A stretch of DNA of 62,672 nucleotides, filler included, from Choristocarpus tenellus KU-1152 (lineage: Eukaryota; Protista; Phaeophyceae): assembly GCA_964200185.2 (NCBI GenBank). It is 9 parts of 9 records of this genome, joined end to end, with 100 filler letters (N's around TTAATTAATTAA, not from the genome) between each part and the next. Parts side by side here need not be neighbours in the genome. Positions count along the whole stretch, not along the records: positions 55,303 to 62,672 come from CAXNAD020006253.1; 8 more parts are not named here. One strand, written 5' to 3'. Under the pieces are notes generated by a model. It did not search any database, was not told the origin of the DNA, and worked only from the letters and a program-made list of their open reading frames with translations. Positions 61,910-62,672 of this stretch are shown here, one piece after another; positions within the stretch are counted from its first letter, which is position 1; each line of letters starts with the position of its first letter. Made by a program: the position numbers and the translations under genes.

Positions 61910-62672
61910 AAAATTAATTGAGGAAATGAACCTTCCATTTGATGTATATTATTATGTCCTCTGTCATTCTCCAGGTGTGTCAGGGGAAAAAACAAAGATA
62001 ACCATTCAAATGTCGGAATAACCCCTAAAAGAGTAATAGTGGTCGCAAATGTGAAAGACATTAGTCTATTTACTATTCTGCTATCAGCTCTGCTACACCG
62101 CTGCCTTCCTATCCCTCCAACCTACCTTAGTTCTTGCACCCCAGGGTGAGGAACGAGGGAAAGCACCCCAATAATCTAACAAGCCCCTCCTTCCTTGCCC
62201 ACCCCCTGGTGTCTCCAGCTTCAGACACGTGACACGTCTAGATAGGGCTCTTGTGTTGTGACAGAAACTATCTGTCGTAGGCGGGACTTGACAGTCCCTT
62301 TCCTGGTGTAGCCTCCTGTCCTTCTCCCCCCTTCCATCACCCCCTTCCATCCGCATCCCGGGTGAGGGTGGTACCTACTGTTACAGGCGAATAGCGTGAG
62401 CTTTTCTTCTTGTATTTCAACAAAGTGCAAGCGTTTCTTACACGCGAATAGCGCGAGCATTTTCGTTTTATGTTCCAGCAAATACAAACATTTGTAACAG
62501 ACGTAGAGTGTGAGGATTATTTCTTGAGTTCTGACAAGTACGAACAATATACTATATTAGTAACACATAGGTAACCTTACAGAATAAGTAATTATTTTAA
62601 GAAGATGCAGAGTAAGATTCAGAATACCTACGTAACATTACAGGGGAAAATGTCAAAGTCACTAAGAAGTTC

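Overview
Eukaryotic nuclear DNA from a photosynthetic ochrophyte, most likely a brown alga (brown-algal-type Lhcf, bipartite plastid presequences, TTAGGG repeats, intron-rich genes). The window is not one locus. It is nine short contigs joined by eight identical artificial 100-bp linkers (N44-TTAATTAATTAA-N44), so adjacency across linkers means nothing. Genes I could rebuild by hand from splice sites with compatible phases: (1) a large minus-strand gene (exons 16156->6337, probably continuing to 2377) in which an IFT54/TRAF3IP1 (MIP-T3) N-terminal CH-like domain lies between the two halves of an F5/8C/discoidin-like motif set, followed by coiled-coil exons; (2) the 5' part of plastid pyruvate dehydrogenase E1-alpha; (3) the 5' part of an Lhcf gene; (4) a small membrane protein, probably plastid-targeted; (5) the 3' part of an unknown Gly/Glu-rich gene. 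There is also an intact tRNA-Val(TAC) with a decayed duplicate, and a tRNA-Ser-like pseudogene whose anticodon reads TTA (ochre). The rest is transposon-derived. This includes a burst of Sola2-like MITEs with 4-bp TSDs in several related subfamilies, two solo LTRs with 5-bp TSDs, Copia, Gypsy, RLE-type non-LTR, DD39D-mariner and pogo remnants, and three unrelated tandem arrays next to a decayed ParB/DGQHR-like ORF. All family assignments come from motif recognition by eye. No searches were run.
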